From a virus (lineage: Duplodnaviria > Caudoviricetes), in IMG/VR virus record IMGVR_UViG_3300027847_001698: DNA of 64,000 nt. The stretch is one strand, 5' to 3'. Both the position numbers and the translations under genes were made by a program. This document shows positions 38,279-48,068 of this stretch, in pieces. Each line of letters opens with the position of its first letter. Position 1 is the stretch's first letter. The notes under the pieces are model-generated. The model was not told the origin of the DNA. It worked only from the letters and a program-made list of their open reading frames with translations, and made no database searches.

Positions 38279-39898
38279 ATGAGCATACATAAATTCAATA
38301 CAGATATACAACATGAAGGTAGATTGATTGTTGAGAGAGTAGCTGATATATCTGTTCTTCCATATGATTCTACTTCCTCTGTTACAGATGAAGCTAGAAT
38401 ACTATATGATGAAGCATCAGATAATTTATATTATGGAACCATCTCTACATTCAAACCAATCCAATCTGGAGCAGAACCATTTACTAAAGTAATTGATGTT
38501 GCAGGTGGTGGAGATTATTCTTCTATTGCAACTGCCGTTTCAACTGAACCAGCAGGAACATCTTTCTTTATCAAAAGTGGAACTTATAATGAATCACTAA
38601 TTACGATAACCAAATCTGGTCAATCATTAATTGGTGAATCAGAAGAAGGGGTAATAATTAATGGCCATATAGATATCAATTCAGCAGCAGGAGCAGAAAC
38701 ATTAGGCCAAGGAACTATAGTCCACGATTCTACTACTTTTAATGATTCGGCTGCTACATTTCAAACTGACGGAATTACCACTGGAGATATAATTACTTTA
38801 CATGGTGGAATATTCGAAGTAGCATCTGTTACAGATGAAAATAATCTGGAGATTACTACTCCATGGAAAGGAAAAGTTCAGTATGGAAGTACGGAGTATA
38901 GAACCAGTAGTGATTATATTAAAAATTTGACTTTAAAAAATCTTCATATCAATGGAGTTGGTGCTAATTCTGCTTTATCATTAAAATCTTGTTATAATTG
39001 CGATATATCAAATGTACAGTTAAATGGCCCAGATAGTTCTCCAACTGCATATGTTTTTAATATGAATACATGTCATACAAACAGAATTCAATTAAACTAT
39101 GCTTTAAATGGTGGATGTAATATAAATTTCGTTACCCATAATAACATATCTATAACCCGAATATCCAACTCTAGTGGATCTGGATTATTATTAGATGAAG
39201 CATTTTCAAACATAATAAATATAAAATATCTCATAGGAAATGATTTAGATGGAGTTACCATTACTGAAGCAAGATGGAATCATTTTTACATAAATGACAT
39301 CTCCTATAATAATGGATCTGGAATAGACATTGGAGATGGCGGTGATACAAATGAATTTAACATAATAAAGGCCATATATAATGATATAAAGGATTTAACA
39401 ATATCGGGTACTTCTAATATAGACTTCAATGTATTTACTGGATACCTAAACACTATAGATTTAGGAGTAGCATCAGATACTCGATTTCTTCATATTCGTT
39501 ATACTTCAATTACTGGGGGAGTTTCGACTAAAGGAATTAGTACTGTTCCATCTCAAACGCAAATACATGATCCTTTAAATTTTAGACATATATTAGATAT
39601 TTATACATCTTCAGTTGTGGTGGATAATACAACTGGTGCAGCAGAAGATATAATTATTTGTGATTCGACCTCATATATGGAAGTAGATTTGCCAGCAATA
39701 TCTTCTACTAATAAAGGAAAATCTTTTACTATTAAAAATATAAATGCTGCATCCCCAGGTGTAACAGTTGATGCCAATGGATCAGATGTAGTTGAGACTA
39801 TTGCTGCATTTGGAACTGCCGCAACTGACATTGTGGCGGCAGGCGATGCAATAAGATATATAGCAGATAATACTAATAAAACTTGGTGGTTGATATAA
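38279..39898 (+). CDS. Tailspike-like right-handed beta-helix protein
   Basis: DVAGGGDYSSIATAV...IKSGTYNE pectin-lyase-like start, Asn/Ile ladders. Confidence 0.75.
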   Translation: MSIHKFNTDIQHEGRLIVERVADISVLPYDSTSSVTDEARILYDEASDNLYYGTISTFKPIQSGAEPFTKVIDVAGGGDYSSIATAVSTEPAGTSFFIKSGTYNESLITITKSGQSLIGESEEGVIINGHIDINSAAGAETLGQGTIVHDSTTFNDSAATFQTDGITTGDIITLHGGIFEVASVTDENNLEITTPWKGKVQYGSTEYRTSSDYIKNLTLKNLHINGVGANSALSLKSCYNCDISNVQLNGPDSSPTAYVFNMNTCHTNRIQLNYALNGGCNINFVTHNNISITRISNSSGSGLLLDEAFSNIINIKYLIGNDLDGVTITEARWNHFYINDISYNNGSGIDIGDGGDTNEFNIIKAIYNDIKDLTISGTSNIDFNVFTGYLNTIDLGVASDTRFLHIRYTSITGGVSTKGISTVPSQTQIHDPLNFRHILDIYTSSVVVDNTTGAAEDIIICDSTSYMEVDLPAISSTNKGKSFTIKNINAASPGVTVDANGSDVVETIAAFGTAATDIVAAGDAIRYIADNTNKTWWLI

Positions 39899-40357
39899 AT
39901 GAGCTACATACGCCAAGGAGTATCATTTGAATATATAACTGCAACAAATTACAATGGCGTCGCTGCGGATTTAGTAAAAAAATCCGATACTGATATATCT
40001 ATTTCCTATACTTTATCTTTGTTTAATGGAACCGGATTTGATGTTAATAAAGTAAGATCTGTTGTTATGCTAATAACTTGTGATGGTGGATCAGCGGGCG
40101 CCAATGGCTCTAGATCACAGATCATTTTTACGGATCCTGCAATATATGATGATACTGCATCGCATAGTCAAGCAGCAACGTGGTCTGCTGCTTATCGAAC
40201 TACTGGTAGTGGGCATGATACAGAAACTAGCAGTTTGCAAATCTTTCCTTTAGCCAAAGGTCAAATTAACTTAGCCTATGATATGCATCACGTATATGTC
40301 CAGTACACCTACAGATGGCTAAGAACTAAAATACTTGGATTTCAACAGGTGACATAA
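39899..40357 (+). CDS. Tandem paralogue 1 of 3 (putative fibre tip/adhesin)
   Basis: Shares Y..V.ADL.K...SYTLSLFNGTG.D..KVR and YD...R.KI.GF.Q with the next two ORFs. Confidence 0.7.
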   Translation: MSYIRQGVSFEYITATNYNGVAADLVKKSDTDISISYTLSLFNGTGFDVNKVRSVVMLITCDGGSAGANGSRSQIIFTDPAIYDDTASHSQAATWSAAYRTTGSGHDTETSSLQIFPLAKGQINLAYDMHHVYVQYTYRWLRTKILGFQQVT

Positions 40358-40809
40358 TGAGTTTTGTTAGATCGTTTGAAATTATGAATTTTATAGAAGC
40401 TGTTGATTACAACTCAGTCGTTGCGGATTTAATAAAAATTCAGACTAATACCGGAACTACTAGTGTAACTTATACTATGTCATTATTTAATGGGACCGGA
40501 TATGATTCAAATAAAGTGAGAGAAATTTATATATTATGTACTGGAATATCTAGTATGTCACGCGGCAAAGAAGTTAGATTAAATTTTACAGATCCCTCTG
40601 AATTTAATGATACTGCTAGTGAAAGTCAAGCATCTACATTTTATATACTAGGCGATCAGGAAGATGTTGGAGATGATGTATATGGGAGCCAACTGTTAGT
40701 AATACCTATTAACAAAGATCAAGGCTCAATTAGTTATGATTTGATAGCCGGTGCAGGGACGAATATAAGTATGAGATCAAAAATAATTGGATTTAGTCAG
40801 GTGGGATAA
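40357..40809 (+). CDS. Tandem paralogue 2 of 3
   Basis: Same conserved blocks as paralogues 1 and 3. Confidence 0.7.
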   Translation: MSFVRSFEIMNFIEAVDYNSVVADLIKIQTNTGTTSVTYTMSLFNGTGYDSNKVREIYILCTGISSMSRGKEVRLNFTDPSEFNDTASESQASTFYILGDQEDVGDDVYGSQLLVIPINKDQGSISYDLIAGAGTNISMRSKIIGFSQVG

Positions 40810-41273
40810 TGAGTATAGTTAGAAGAACTACAAAAATAGATTTTATAGAAGCTGTGGATTACAACTCGGTCGTTGCGGATTTAATAAAAATTCAGGATGG
40901 AGATGGAACTACCAGTGTTTCATACACTTTATCTTTGTTTAATGGAACCGGATATGATTCGGAGAAGGTTAGATCTATTTTAATGCTGGCAACAGTAACT
41001 GGAGCGAGAGCGTCCGACGATCTGGTTGATATGTCACATATTAAATTTACAACTCCAACGTATTTAGATGATTCTGCTGCATTTACATATGCTAACGCTA
41101 TTGGATATGGATGGGGGGCAGCTCAAAGTGGAGTTGATGGGGAGTGGAGTAGAATTTTAAAACTACCTATAAAAAATGGGGTAACTAGTATAGCATATGA
41201 TTTAGTAACCGCAGATTCAAGTACTAGCGATTTCGCAAGATCTAAAATAATAGGATTTCAACAAATAGAATAG
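40809..41273 (+). CDS. Tandem paralogue 3 of 3
   Basis: Same conserved blocks as paralogues 1 and 2. Confidence 0.7.
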   Translation: MSIVRRTTKIDFIEAVDYNSVVADLIKIQDGDGTTSVSYTLSLFNGTGYDSEKVRSILMLATVTGARASDDLVDMSHIKFTTPTYLDDSAAFTYANAIGYGWGAAQSGVDGEWSRILKLPIKNGVTSIAYDLVTADSSTSDFARSKIIGFQQIE

Positions 41274-41284
41274 GAAAAGTTGAA

Positions 41285-41896
41285 GTGAATGAATTTGACA
41301 CATTTTATCATGTAGAACCCAACATAATTACACAACAACAATGTGAAGAAATCATAAAACAATCTGAGAGAGATTGGACTGATCGATCAACAACATGTGA
41401 TACAGGTTTAAGGTTATCAGTTGTAACATGGCTTTATAATGATTCAGATACATGGATATATGAATTGATATGTCCTAAAATAGAAGCCATAAAAGAAAGA
41501 ATTTGGCCAGATATGAATCTACAAGTATTGGATGGAATGCAATATACATTGTATTATCCACACGGGGGGAGATATGGGTGGCATGTAGATTTAATGGAAG
41601 ATACTGAGCAAGAAGAAAGTCATAGAGCGCTATCATATTCTATCATATTACAAGATTCTGATTGCTTTAGTGGTGGTGACTTCAAAATATCAAAAACAAT
41701 AGAAACAAAAACTGTTGTGAATTATGTACCTAAACAAGAAACAATTACAGACCTAGGTCATCTTACTGCTGGAAGTATAGTTATGTTCCCTTCAATTATA
41801 CCCCATATGATATCTCCTGTTACTGATAACCATAGGCGTTCCCTTGTAGGCTGGTACGAAGGTAATTTTGGAAAAAATAAAATATACGAGACTTAA
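41285..41896 (+). CDS. 2OG-Fe(II) oxygenase (prolyl-4-hydroxylase/PKHD type)
   Basis: YGWHVD (HxD), LSYSIIL, GGDF, FPSIIPHMISPV, RRSLVGW. Confidence 0.88.
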   Translation: MNEFDTFYHVEPNIITQQQCEEIIKQSERDWTDRSTTCDTGLRLSVVTWLYNDSDTWIYELICPKIEAIKERIWPDMNLQVLDGMQYTLYYPHGGRYGWHVDLMEDTEQEESHRALSYSIILQDSDCFSGGDFKISKTIETKTVVNYVPKQETITDLGHLTAGSIVMFPSIIPHMISPVTDNHRRSLVGWYEGNFGKNKIYET

Positions 41897-41897
41897 C

Positions 41898-42047
41898 ATG
41901 AAAAAGAATAAACGACCTGTTATAACAACGAAGAAGAAGAAGAAGAAATCTATTATTACTTCTTGTAATGAGAATGTGTATCTGAATAATGATAAGGTTA
42001 GAAAAGAAACTGGCCTAACAGAAAATGCCCAAATACTTATGGATTAA
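41898..42047 (+). CDS. 49-aa basic peptide, absent from the ORF track
   Basis: MKKNKRPVITTKKKKKKS... fills the gap between flanking genes. Confidence 0.5.
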   Translation: MKKNKRPVITTKKKKKKSIITSCNENVYLNNDKVRKETGLTENAQILMD

Positions 42048-42049
42048 TT

Positions 42050-42541
42050 ATGAGAATAATTGGAAAATATTTAAGAGAAGCCACAAAAAAAGATTTAGAT
42101 AAAGATACTAATAAGTATACTAAAGCAATTATAAAGAATGACGCATATCTATTAGTCCTGAGACGCAATAACGAAGCTATCGGTGGTGGAGATTGGGATC
42201 TTCCGGGTGGAGCAATCAAAGAAGACGAATCACCTGAAGATGCTGTAAAGCGTGAAACAATGGAAGAAGTTGGAATTGAAGTAAAGAATTGCAAAGTATA
42301 TGATACTATTAAGTTAGAGATTCCTGAGAAAGGAATTCATTCGACTATGAAAATTTACAAGTGTAAACCTGAAGGCCAAGGTACAGATATTTATTTGAAT
42401 CCGTCATCTAACAATCCTGACACTAGACCTGAACATACTGAATACAAATGGATTAAGTTTAAAGACGAATTGGACAGAATGCCAATGTTAAAACAATTGA
42501 AAGATTGTGTTAGAAAGTGTTTACAAACCAGGAAGGGATAA
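42050..42541 (+). CDS. NUDIX hydrolase with a CTS-like leader
   Basis: Complete Nudix box GGAIKEDESPEDAVKRETMEEVGI; leader MRIIGKYLRE/A. Confidence 0.9.
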   Translation: MRIIGKYLREATKKDLDKDTNKYTKAIIKNDAYLLVLRRNNEAIGGGDWDLPGGAIKEDESPEDAVKRETMEEVGIEVKNCKVYDTIKLEIPEKGIHSTMKIYKCKPEGQGTDIYLNPSSNNPDTRPEHTEYKWIKFKDELDRMPMLKQLKDCVRKCLQTRKG

Positions 42542-43012
42542 ATGAATCCTATATATTCTACAATTAAAAAACTGCTTACCAAGCATAAAAACCAAGAAAA
42601 TACTAATGATCATATAGTGCCGTGTTTCTTTGCGGCAGATAAAAATATTAAACCACTTAAAGTGGTTAGTTCACTTTATGGGCAATTATATTTTTCTAAA
42701 GACCCTAAAGCATCTCCTTTAATAATGATGTTATATGTTCCAGATGCTCATACTCGATTTACCAAACATGACAAAGAAAAATACACTTTACAATTAACAA
42801 AAAAGCATATTAAAAATATCAGACTTATAGATGCTCAAAAAAAAACAATAGCAGTAAAAATAAAAGGGGATTTCTATGATCTATTATGGAATAGATATAT
42901 CGGAAGTTTAGAAAAAAAACCATTCCCTGGATATTTAATGCTTAGACCTATTAATACCAAATATCATGAAGAGTTTGATATCATATTAAAAAGGTTAAAA
43001 TTGATTAAATAA
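42542..43012 (+). CDS. Hypothetical protein
   Basis: 156-aa ORF in an operon. Confidence 0.65.
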   Translation: MNPIYSTIKKLLTKHKNQENTNDHIVPCFFAADKNIKPLKVVSSLYGQLYFSKDPKASPLIMMLYVPDAHTRFTKHDKEKYTLQLTKKHIKNIRLIDAQKKTIAVKIKGDFYDLLWNRYIGSLEKKPFPGYLMLRPINTKYHEEFDIILKRLKLIK

Positions 43013-43392
43013 TGAATAATAAATATACGATAACTAAACGACATCTATGTAAAGAATTTAAACAGGAAGGCTTTCGTGTTTTTGAAGAACTAGAATCATT
43101 TAAAAGTAAATGCCAACAAGAAGAAATACTTCTTGAGATAACAGATGAATCTATAAAATACAGAACAATTCTGTTAGTTAAGAAAAAGTTAAATGATTGT
43201 AAACTGATAGATGAATTGATGTCTGGCATGAAAGAAGTTTTTAACCTACCACCTAATAGATGTTTTTTAAACGAAGTAAGAATTATGGCAAAAGTCGCAT
43301 ATTTTATAATCGTAGATAAAAAGAAAAATATTAACTATTATTATGCATATGAGTACAGTAAAGCTACTATGTATGGGCCAAGTAAAGTATGA
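43012..43392 (+). CDS. Hypothetical protein
   Basis: 126-aa ORF in an operon. Confidence 0.6.
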   Translation: MNNKYTITKRHLCKEFKQEGFRVFEELESFKSKCQQEEILLEITDESIKYRTILLVKKKLNDCKLIDELMSGMKEVFNLPPNRCFLNEVRIMAKVAYFIIVDKKKNINYYYAYEYSKATMYGPSKV

Positions 43393-43847
43393 CTGATAAC
43401 TATATAAAAACTAAGAAGATATTAGAATTATATGCACCATCTAGTGTTCGTGCTAAAATAAAACGAGCACGGAAAGTTGGCAAGTACGTGGGGGGAACCA
43501 CAGGAGCAGCAGCAACTCTAGCTATACCTATTCCTGGAGCAACCGCATCAGGAGCTTTAGCTGGATCAAAAGTAGGAGGCAGATGGGTCGGAGCAAGAGC
43601 TATTGCAAAAGATAAAGGAACCAAGATAAAAAGTATAAAGCAAATTAAAGATGCTGGCAAAATAGCAAAGTCAACAGCTAAAGCAGTAGTAGGTACAACT
43701 AAACATATAGCAAAATCTACACCCAAGGCAATCAAAGATCTATCATCAATGGCAAAAAAACTTCCAGGGCTTATGGGTAAACTACCAGGAGCAGCAAAAA
43801 AACTATCAAAATATGCTATGACAAAGAGACTTCTCAGAACAAGATAA
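43389..43847 (+). CDS. Lys/Ala/Gly-rich basic protein
   Basis: GGTTGAAATLAIPIPGATASGALAG glycine-zipper-like segment plus basic repeats. Confidence 0.65.
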   Translation: MTDNYIKTKKILELYAPSSVRAKIKRARKVGKYVGGTTGAAATLAIPIPGATASGALAGSKVGGRWVGARAIAKDKGTKIKSIKQIKDAGKIAKSTAKAVVGTTKHIAKSTPKAIKDLSSMAKKLPGLMGKLPGAAKKLSKYAMTKRLLRTR

Positions 43848-43967
43848 GCCTAGATATATCCGTTTCTCAATCCTATAAGTTACATCATGGCACTTTAAGT
43901 TATGAGAAACGGATCTAGAAACTTTGTGAATAAATTTATAAATATTAATTAACAAGGATTATTTACT

Positions 43968-44672
43968 ATGGCTTTAGGACAATCATTTTATGACTTCGGA
44001 AGACTTTCTAACTTGAAAGAGCAACGCATACAACATCAAGGTGTTGTTGTTGTTTCTCAGCAAGTAGGTCTCCCAACTGATAGTACTGGTTATGTAGGTA
44101 TGGATTTAACAGTTGGATTAATAGCTCCAATTATTGTTTATCCTATTGCTGGATACGTTGATGATCAACATCACGATTCCCCAGGAAAAATCGGTGGAGC
44201 AACGTTAACTTTCGATAATTCACTTTCATATGAAGGCGATACCGGATCAACACCAGCACCAATGGTGCCAACTGTTACAGCTCCAGATCATCCAAGAACA
44301 ACTGCAACTATCACTTCTTGTGCATTTACAAACTTGAGAAATGCTGATCAAGGAGTAACCGGAACAGTAAATGTTGAGATGATAGTTGATCCAACTAATA
44401 CAGCGGTATATGCAGATCCAGATCCAATCTTGGCTACATTTGAATATTGGAATGGTTCCGGGTGGGTAGCAATTGTTGCTACTCAAAGATGGGACTTAGC
44501 AGAAGTATTCACATATACTATTACATTACCATCAGCGCCAACAGGAACTCTACAAGTTAGAACTACTGCCAATGTAGTTGATAAGTTAGGTGGATATATC
44601 ATGTCATTTGAACTAGTAACTGATGGCGCTAGACGCTTCATTGGAACTGATGCATTTGATGTAACTGTATAA
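43968..44672 (+). CDS. Putative virion (decoration-like) beta-rich protein
   Basis: Monocistronic, TATAAATA upstream, strong terminator downstream. Confidence 0.6.
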   Translation: MALGQSFYDFGRLSNLKEQRIQHQGVVVVSQQVGLPTDSTGYVGMDLTVGLIAPIIVYPIAGYVDDQHHDSPGKIGGATLTFDNSLSYEGDTGSTPAPMVPTVTAPDHPRTTATITSCAFTNLRNADQGVTGTVNVEMIVDPTNTAVYADPDPILATFEYWNGSGWVAIVATQRWDLAEVFTYTITLPSAPTGTLQVRTTANVVDKLGGYIMSFELVTDGARRFIGTDAFDVTV

Positions 44673-44692
44673 ATATAATATCATGAACTGAT

Positions 44693-44729
44693 GCCCTCTA
44701 CTTCTTAATCGGAGTAGAGGGCTTTTTTT
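44693..44729 (+). terminator. Intrinsic terminator
   Basis: GCCCTCTACTT / GGAGTAGAGGGC stem then T7. Confidence 0.85.
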
Positions 44730-44747
44730 AATTAAAGGAGTTTAGAA

Positions 44748-45245
44748 TTGAAAAATGAAAGAGATGATTCTCTATCAGAAGAGGAAATAGAAGAGTTATT
44801 TTTTGGAGAGGATGATAAACAGCAGCCTAGTTTAAAACAAGGCCGGATAAAAAAATCTGATTCCATTAAATTTGAAGATGAAATTGAAGCCGAATTTGAA
44901 AGAAAAAAACAAATAACAGAAGAAGATTCGTCAGTAAAGGATTATATGTCTCAAGCGAGATTCCTTAAAAGATTTGAAGAAAAAATACAAAAGCGTGATA
45001 ACGCTGAGAAAAGACAGAAAGAAGAAAGAAAAGCCAACAAAGAAGCTAAAAGGAAAATAAAAGCAAAACAGGAAATGAAAGCTAAATTACCCGCAGAATC
45101 AATTATTGCACATGGTGATTATTGTACCCATGATGATATGATAGATCATACTAATGGGGCATCTATGGTCGTAGCAGCATGTAGAAAATGTTCAAGATCT
45201 AAGACTTATTCAATGTCAGAATGGCAGGCATATATCAACAACTGA
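44748..45245 (+). CDS. Hypothetical charged protein with a C-terminal CxH...CxxC Zn motif
   Basis: YCTHDD...ACRKCS. Confidence 0.65.
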   Translation: MKNERDDSLSEEEIEELFFGEDDKQQPSLKQGRIKKSDSIKFEDEIEAEFERKKQITEEDSSVKDYMSQARFLKRFEEKIQKRDNAEKRQKEERKANKEAKRKIKAKQEMKAKLPAESIIAHGDYCTHDDMIDHTNGASMVVAACRKCSRSKTYSMSEWQAYINN

Positions 45246-45247
45246 AA

Positions 45248-45964
45248 ATGGAAAAAATATCAATAATAATAACTGCACATAAACGATTTGATTTTATTTC
45301 AAATCTTTTAGCTTCGTTATTTAGATATACTACATATCCTAATTATGAAGTAATAGTAATAAATACCTGCCCAAATTATAATTTAAAATTAGATAAATAT
45401 TTAGAAGCCGAAAAAGAAAAGGGAGTTATAAAAGTAGTCAATGATGGCGAACCTCATCAATACATGGAAGCATGTCAAATGGGTTATGATGTTGCAGAGG
45501 GGGAATATATTCAATTATTGAATGATGATATGTTAATTCCTTCTTGTTCTACTACATGGCTTACTACTCTAAAAGAATACTTAGAATCTCATGAAACTGT
45601 AGGTTCTACATCATGTTACCAATACATGAATACTAAATCTATTTATACAAAAGGGGAATTGGATATTACTAAGCCGGGTCAAACTTGTGGCTCAATAGTA
45701 AAACTACAAGATCTACCTTATGAACTAGAAACATTATGGAATCCTTTTTCATGTGTCGTGTTTAGAAAATCATATATAGATGAAAATAAGTTTACTGATG
45801 TTGTTCCACCTGAACAATATCATTATGGAAGTGATTCGTGTTACTGTAGAAAAATATTAGATGATGGATTTACAAATGTAACAATAAATTCAACGTGGAT
45901 CTATCATTTCAATAATAGAAATTATACTGGACGAATCCAAGATTTTGAATATAGAGGATTATAA
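45248..45964 (+). CDS. Glycosyltransferase family 2
   Basis: ISIIITAH, YEVIVI, GEYIQLLNDD (DxD-like), GSDSCYC. Confidence 0.85.
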   Translation: MEKISIIITAHKRFDFISNLLASLFRYTTYPNYEVIVINTCPNYNLKLDKYLEAEKEKGVIKVVNDGEPHQYMEACQMGYDVAEGEYIQLLNDDMLIPSCSTTWLTTLKEYLESHETVGSTSCYQYMNTKSIYTKGELDITKPGQTCGSIVKLQDLPYELETLWNPFSCVVFRKSYIDENKFTDVVPPEQYHYGSDSCYCRKILDDGFTNVTINSTWIYHFNNRNYTGRIQDFEYRGL

Positions 45965-46240
45965 ATGCGTAAAAAAATTAAAGATTTAGTAAAAGATCCC
46001 GAATGGCAAAAAGTAAGAAAATCATTATTAAATAAATGGAATAGTGATGCTGAAAATAATTGTAAAATACTTAGACATTATCTAGGAGCAATGAATTCTA
46101 CAACTGATGATAAATTAAGAATAGTTATGAATTATTTAGTAGGAACTGGATTTAGAACTGGAAGAATTAAAAATGATTGTATTTCTGATTTACGATCTGA
46201 AATATCTATAGAACTAAGAAAAAGAAAATTTAAAAAGTAA
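45965..46240 (+). CDS. Conserved-looking phage hypothetical protein
   Basis: 91 aa, DPEWQKVRKSLL...RIVMNYL. Confidence 0.65.
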   Translation: MRKKIKDLVKDPEWQKVRKSLLNKWNSDAENNCKILRHYLGAMNSTTDDKLRIVMNYLVGTGFRTGRIKNDCISDLRSEISIELRKRKFKK

Positions 46241-46249
46241 AAGAATATA

Positions 46250-46570
46250 ATGGAACTTAAAACTGTTAATAAAAGAATTACCCCTACCGATTCAAAAGAC
46301 TCTGTTGTAGAACAAGAGTATCCCTTGTCTACACCACCTACAATGCCACAGTCTCAATCTATAGAAGCTGACGTTGAGGTATTGACATCTGAGCGCGTCT
46401 CAGATCTATTTAACCGTCTACCCGGTGTTGCATTCAAATGCCATGAAGGATATTTTAGAATACATAAGATAGACAAAAAAACAGGAACGTTCACTGCCAA
46501 GTTAATTAATCCTGTAAGGCAGAGTGGCTCTAATAGTATACCTTCCAAGAAAAAAAGAAAGAAGAAATGA
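46250..46570 (+). CDS. Hypothetical protein
   Basis: 106 aa with a basic tail. Confidence 0.6.
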   Translation: MELKTVNKRITPTDSKDSVVEQEYPLSTPPTMPQSQSIEADVEVLTSERVSDLFNRLPGVAFKCHEGYFRIHKIDKKTGTFTAKLINPVRQSGSNSIPSKKKRKKK

Positions 46571-46688
46571 TATTTACTCCTTATAAACATCTAGAAGGAA
46601 TTCATTTTCTTGGTATGCAAGTTAAAATATCAATTACTTCAAAAATAAAAAGTAATTCCATCTACGGAAGATTCACGGAAATAGAATT

Positions 46689-47006
46689 ATGAAAAGTTTA
46701 GAGGCGCAAATCCCCGACTCTCTACATCAATTGATTATAGAAAGTGGGGACAACACTGAAGATATAGTGATCGCTGCAATAGAGAATTATTTCAATAGAG
46801 ACTTAATAAAAATAGGAAATATAGCCAGATGGAAATCGGCCCTTGAACAAAAGATAGTAGACGTGCAACGTCAGCTAGATCAGTTCAAATGTGAATACAC
46901 TGATCCAACATTAGATAGTGGTCTCATTCAACGTGAAACTAACAGGAGAAATTGTTTAGATGTATCCCCTATAAGAGAAATAGATCTTCTAGACTTTCCA
47001 TTATGA
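46689..47006 (+). CDS. Hypothetical protein (ribbon-helix-helix-like N-terminus)
   Basis: 105 aa. Confidence 0.55.
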   Translation: MKSLEAQIPDSLHQLIIESGDNTEDIVIAAIENYFNRDLIKIGNIARWKSALEQKIVDVQRQLDQFKCEYTDPTLDSGLIQRETNRRNCLDVSPIREIDLLDFPL

Positions 47007-47770
47007 ATAATTTAAAATATAAACTTAATAATGGAGAAACAACATTTGGCTCATGGCTCATGACACCAAATCATGTATCTGCTGAAATAATGGCAGGGAA
47101 TGGTTTTGATTGGCTTGTTGTCGATTGTGAGCACACCGATATAACTCTTGAATCTGTTTCTAAATTTTGTCTAGCCGTTCGTGGGCAATCTACTCCTCTT
47201 TTAGCTAGAGTAAGAGAATGTGATAATCTTGCAATAAGACAAGTATTAGATATTGGCGTTGATGGCATCATAGTTCCTTTAATAAATAATGCTAAGGAAG
47301 CTGCACTTGCAGTGTCCTCAGCTAAATTTCCTCCCGACGGAATCCGTGGGTTTTCTTTTGGTCGATCTAACAATTGGGGCTCAAACTTTGACGAGTATGT
47401 TACAGAAGCTAATAACCGAACTGTGGTTATTGTAATGATTGAATCAGTTGAAGCAGTAGAAAATATTTATGAAATTCTAGAAGTCGATGGGATTGATGGT
47501 GTATTCATTGGCCCATATGATTTAAGTGGTTCATATGGGATAGTAGGTCAAACATCTCATCCAACAATTATGGCTGCAAGAAAAAGAGTAATTGACGCAT
47601 GTACCAAAACAAAAAAGTCTGCTGGTATTCATTTGCTATACGCAGATCATGATTCAATTCAGACAGCAATACAACAAGGATTTACCTTTATTGCACTTGA
47701 TACCGATGTAACTTATATATCAACAGGAAGTTTAAGGACATTAACTACCGCTAGACATATGCTCCTTTAG
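47003..47770 (+). CDS. HpcH/HpaI aldolase family protein
   Basis: GFDWLVVDCEH, LDIGVDGIIVP, PPDGIRG, MIESVEAVEN, FIGPYDLS. Confidence 0.92.
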   Translation: MNNLKYKLNNGETTFGSWLMTPNHVSAEIMAGNGFDWLVVDCEHTDITLESVSKFCLAVRGQSTPLLARVRECDNLAIRQVLDIGVDGIIVPLINNAKEAALAVSSAKFPPDGIRGFSFGRSNNWGSNFDEYVTEANNRTVVIVMIESVEAVENIYEILEVDGIDGVFIGPYDLSGSYGIVGQTSHPTIMAARKRVIDACTKTKKSAGIHLLYADHDSIQTAIQQGFTFIALDTDVTYISTGSLRTLTTARHMLL

Positions 47771-48067
47771 GAATTTTTCAACCTCACTGCGTTTTTTACA
47801 ACCTTCAAACCGTCCAACCTCTGTGCCGTTTTTAAATAGTATAACGGTTGGGAAATTCTCTACTCGATATTTATCAGATAGAGATTCTTCTGCATCGGAA
47901 TCAATCTTTGAGAAAACAATTTTGTCAGGTGATATAATTCTCTTTTCAAAGGCTACTAAATTTCTATTCATTACTCTACATGGGGGACAACCCTTAGAGT
48001 AAAAATCAGCCAACACATACTTATTTTTAAGTGCTTCGTCGAACGTTGATTCTGTAAGAACTATCAT
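47741..48067 (-). CDS. Thioredoxin
   Basis: ADFYSKGCPPC active site, FPT.ILFKNG. Confidence 0.88.
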   Translation of the reverse strand: MIVLTESTFDEALKNKYVLADFYSKGCPPCRVMNRNLVAFEKRIISPDKIVFSKIDSDAEESLSDKYRVENFPTVILFKNGTEVGRFEGCKKRSEVEKFLKEHMSSGS

Positions 48068-48068
48068 T

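Noticed and set aside
39899-41273. Diversity-generating retroelement TR/VR pair
   Set aside because: Differences between copies are mostly synonymous and not adenine-specific; no reverse transcriptase is in the window.
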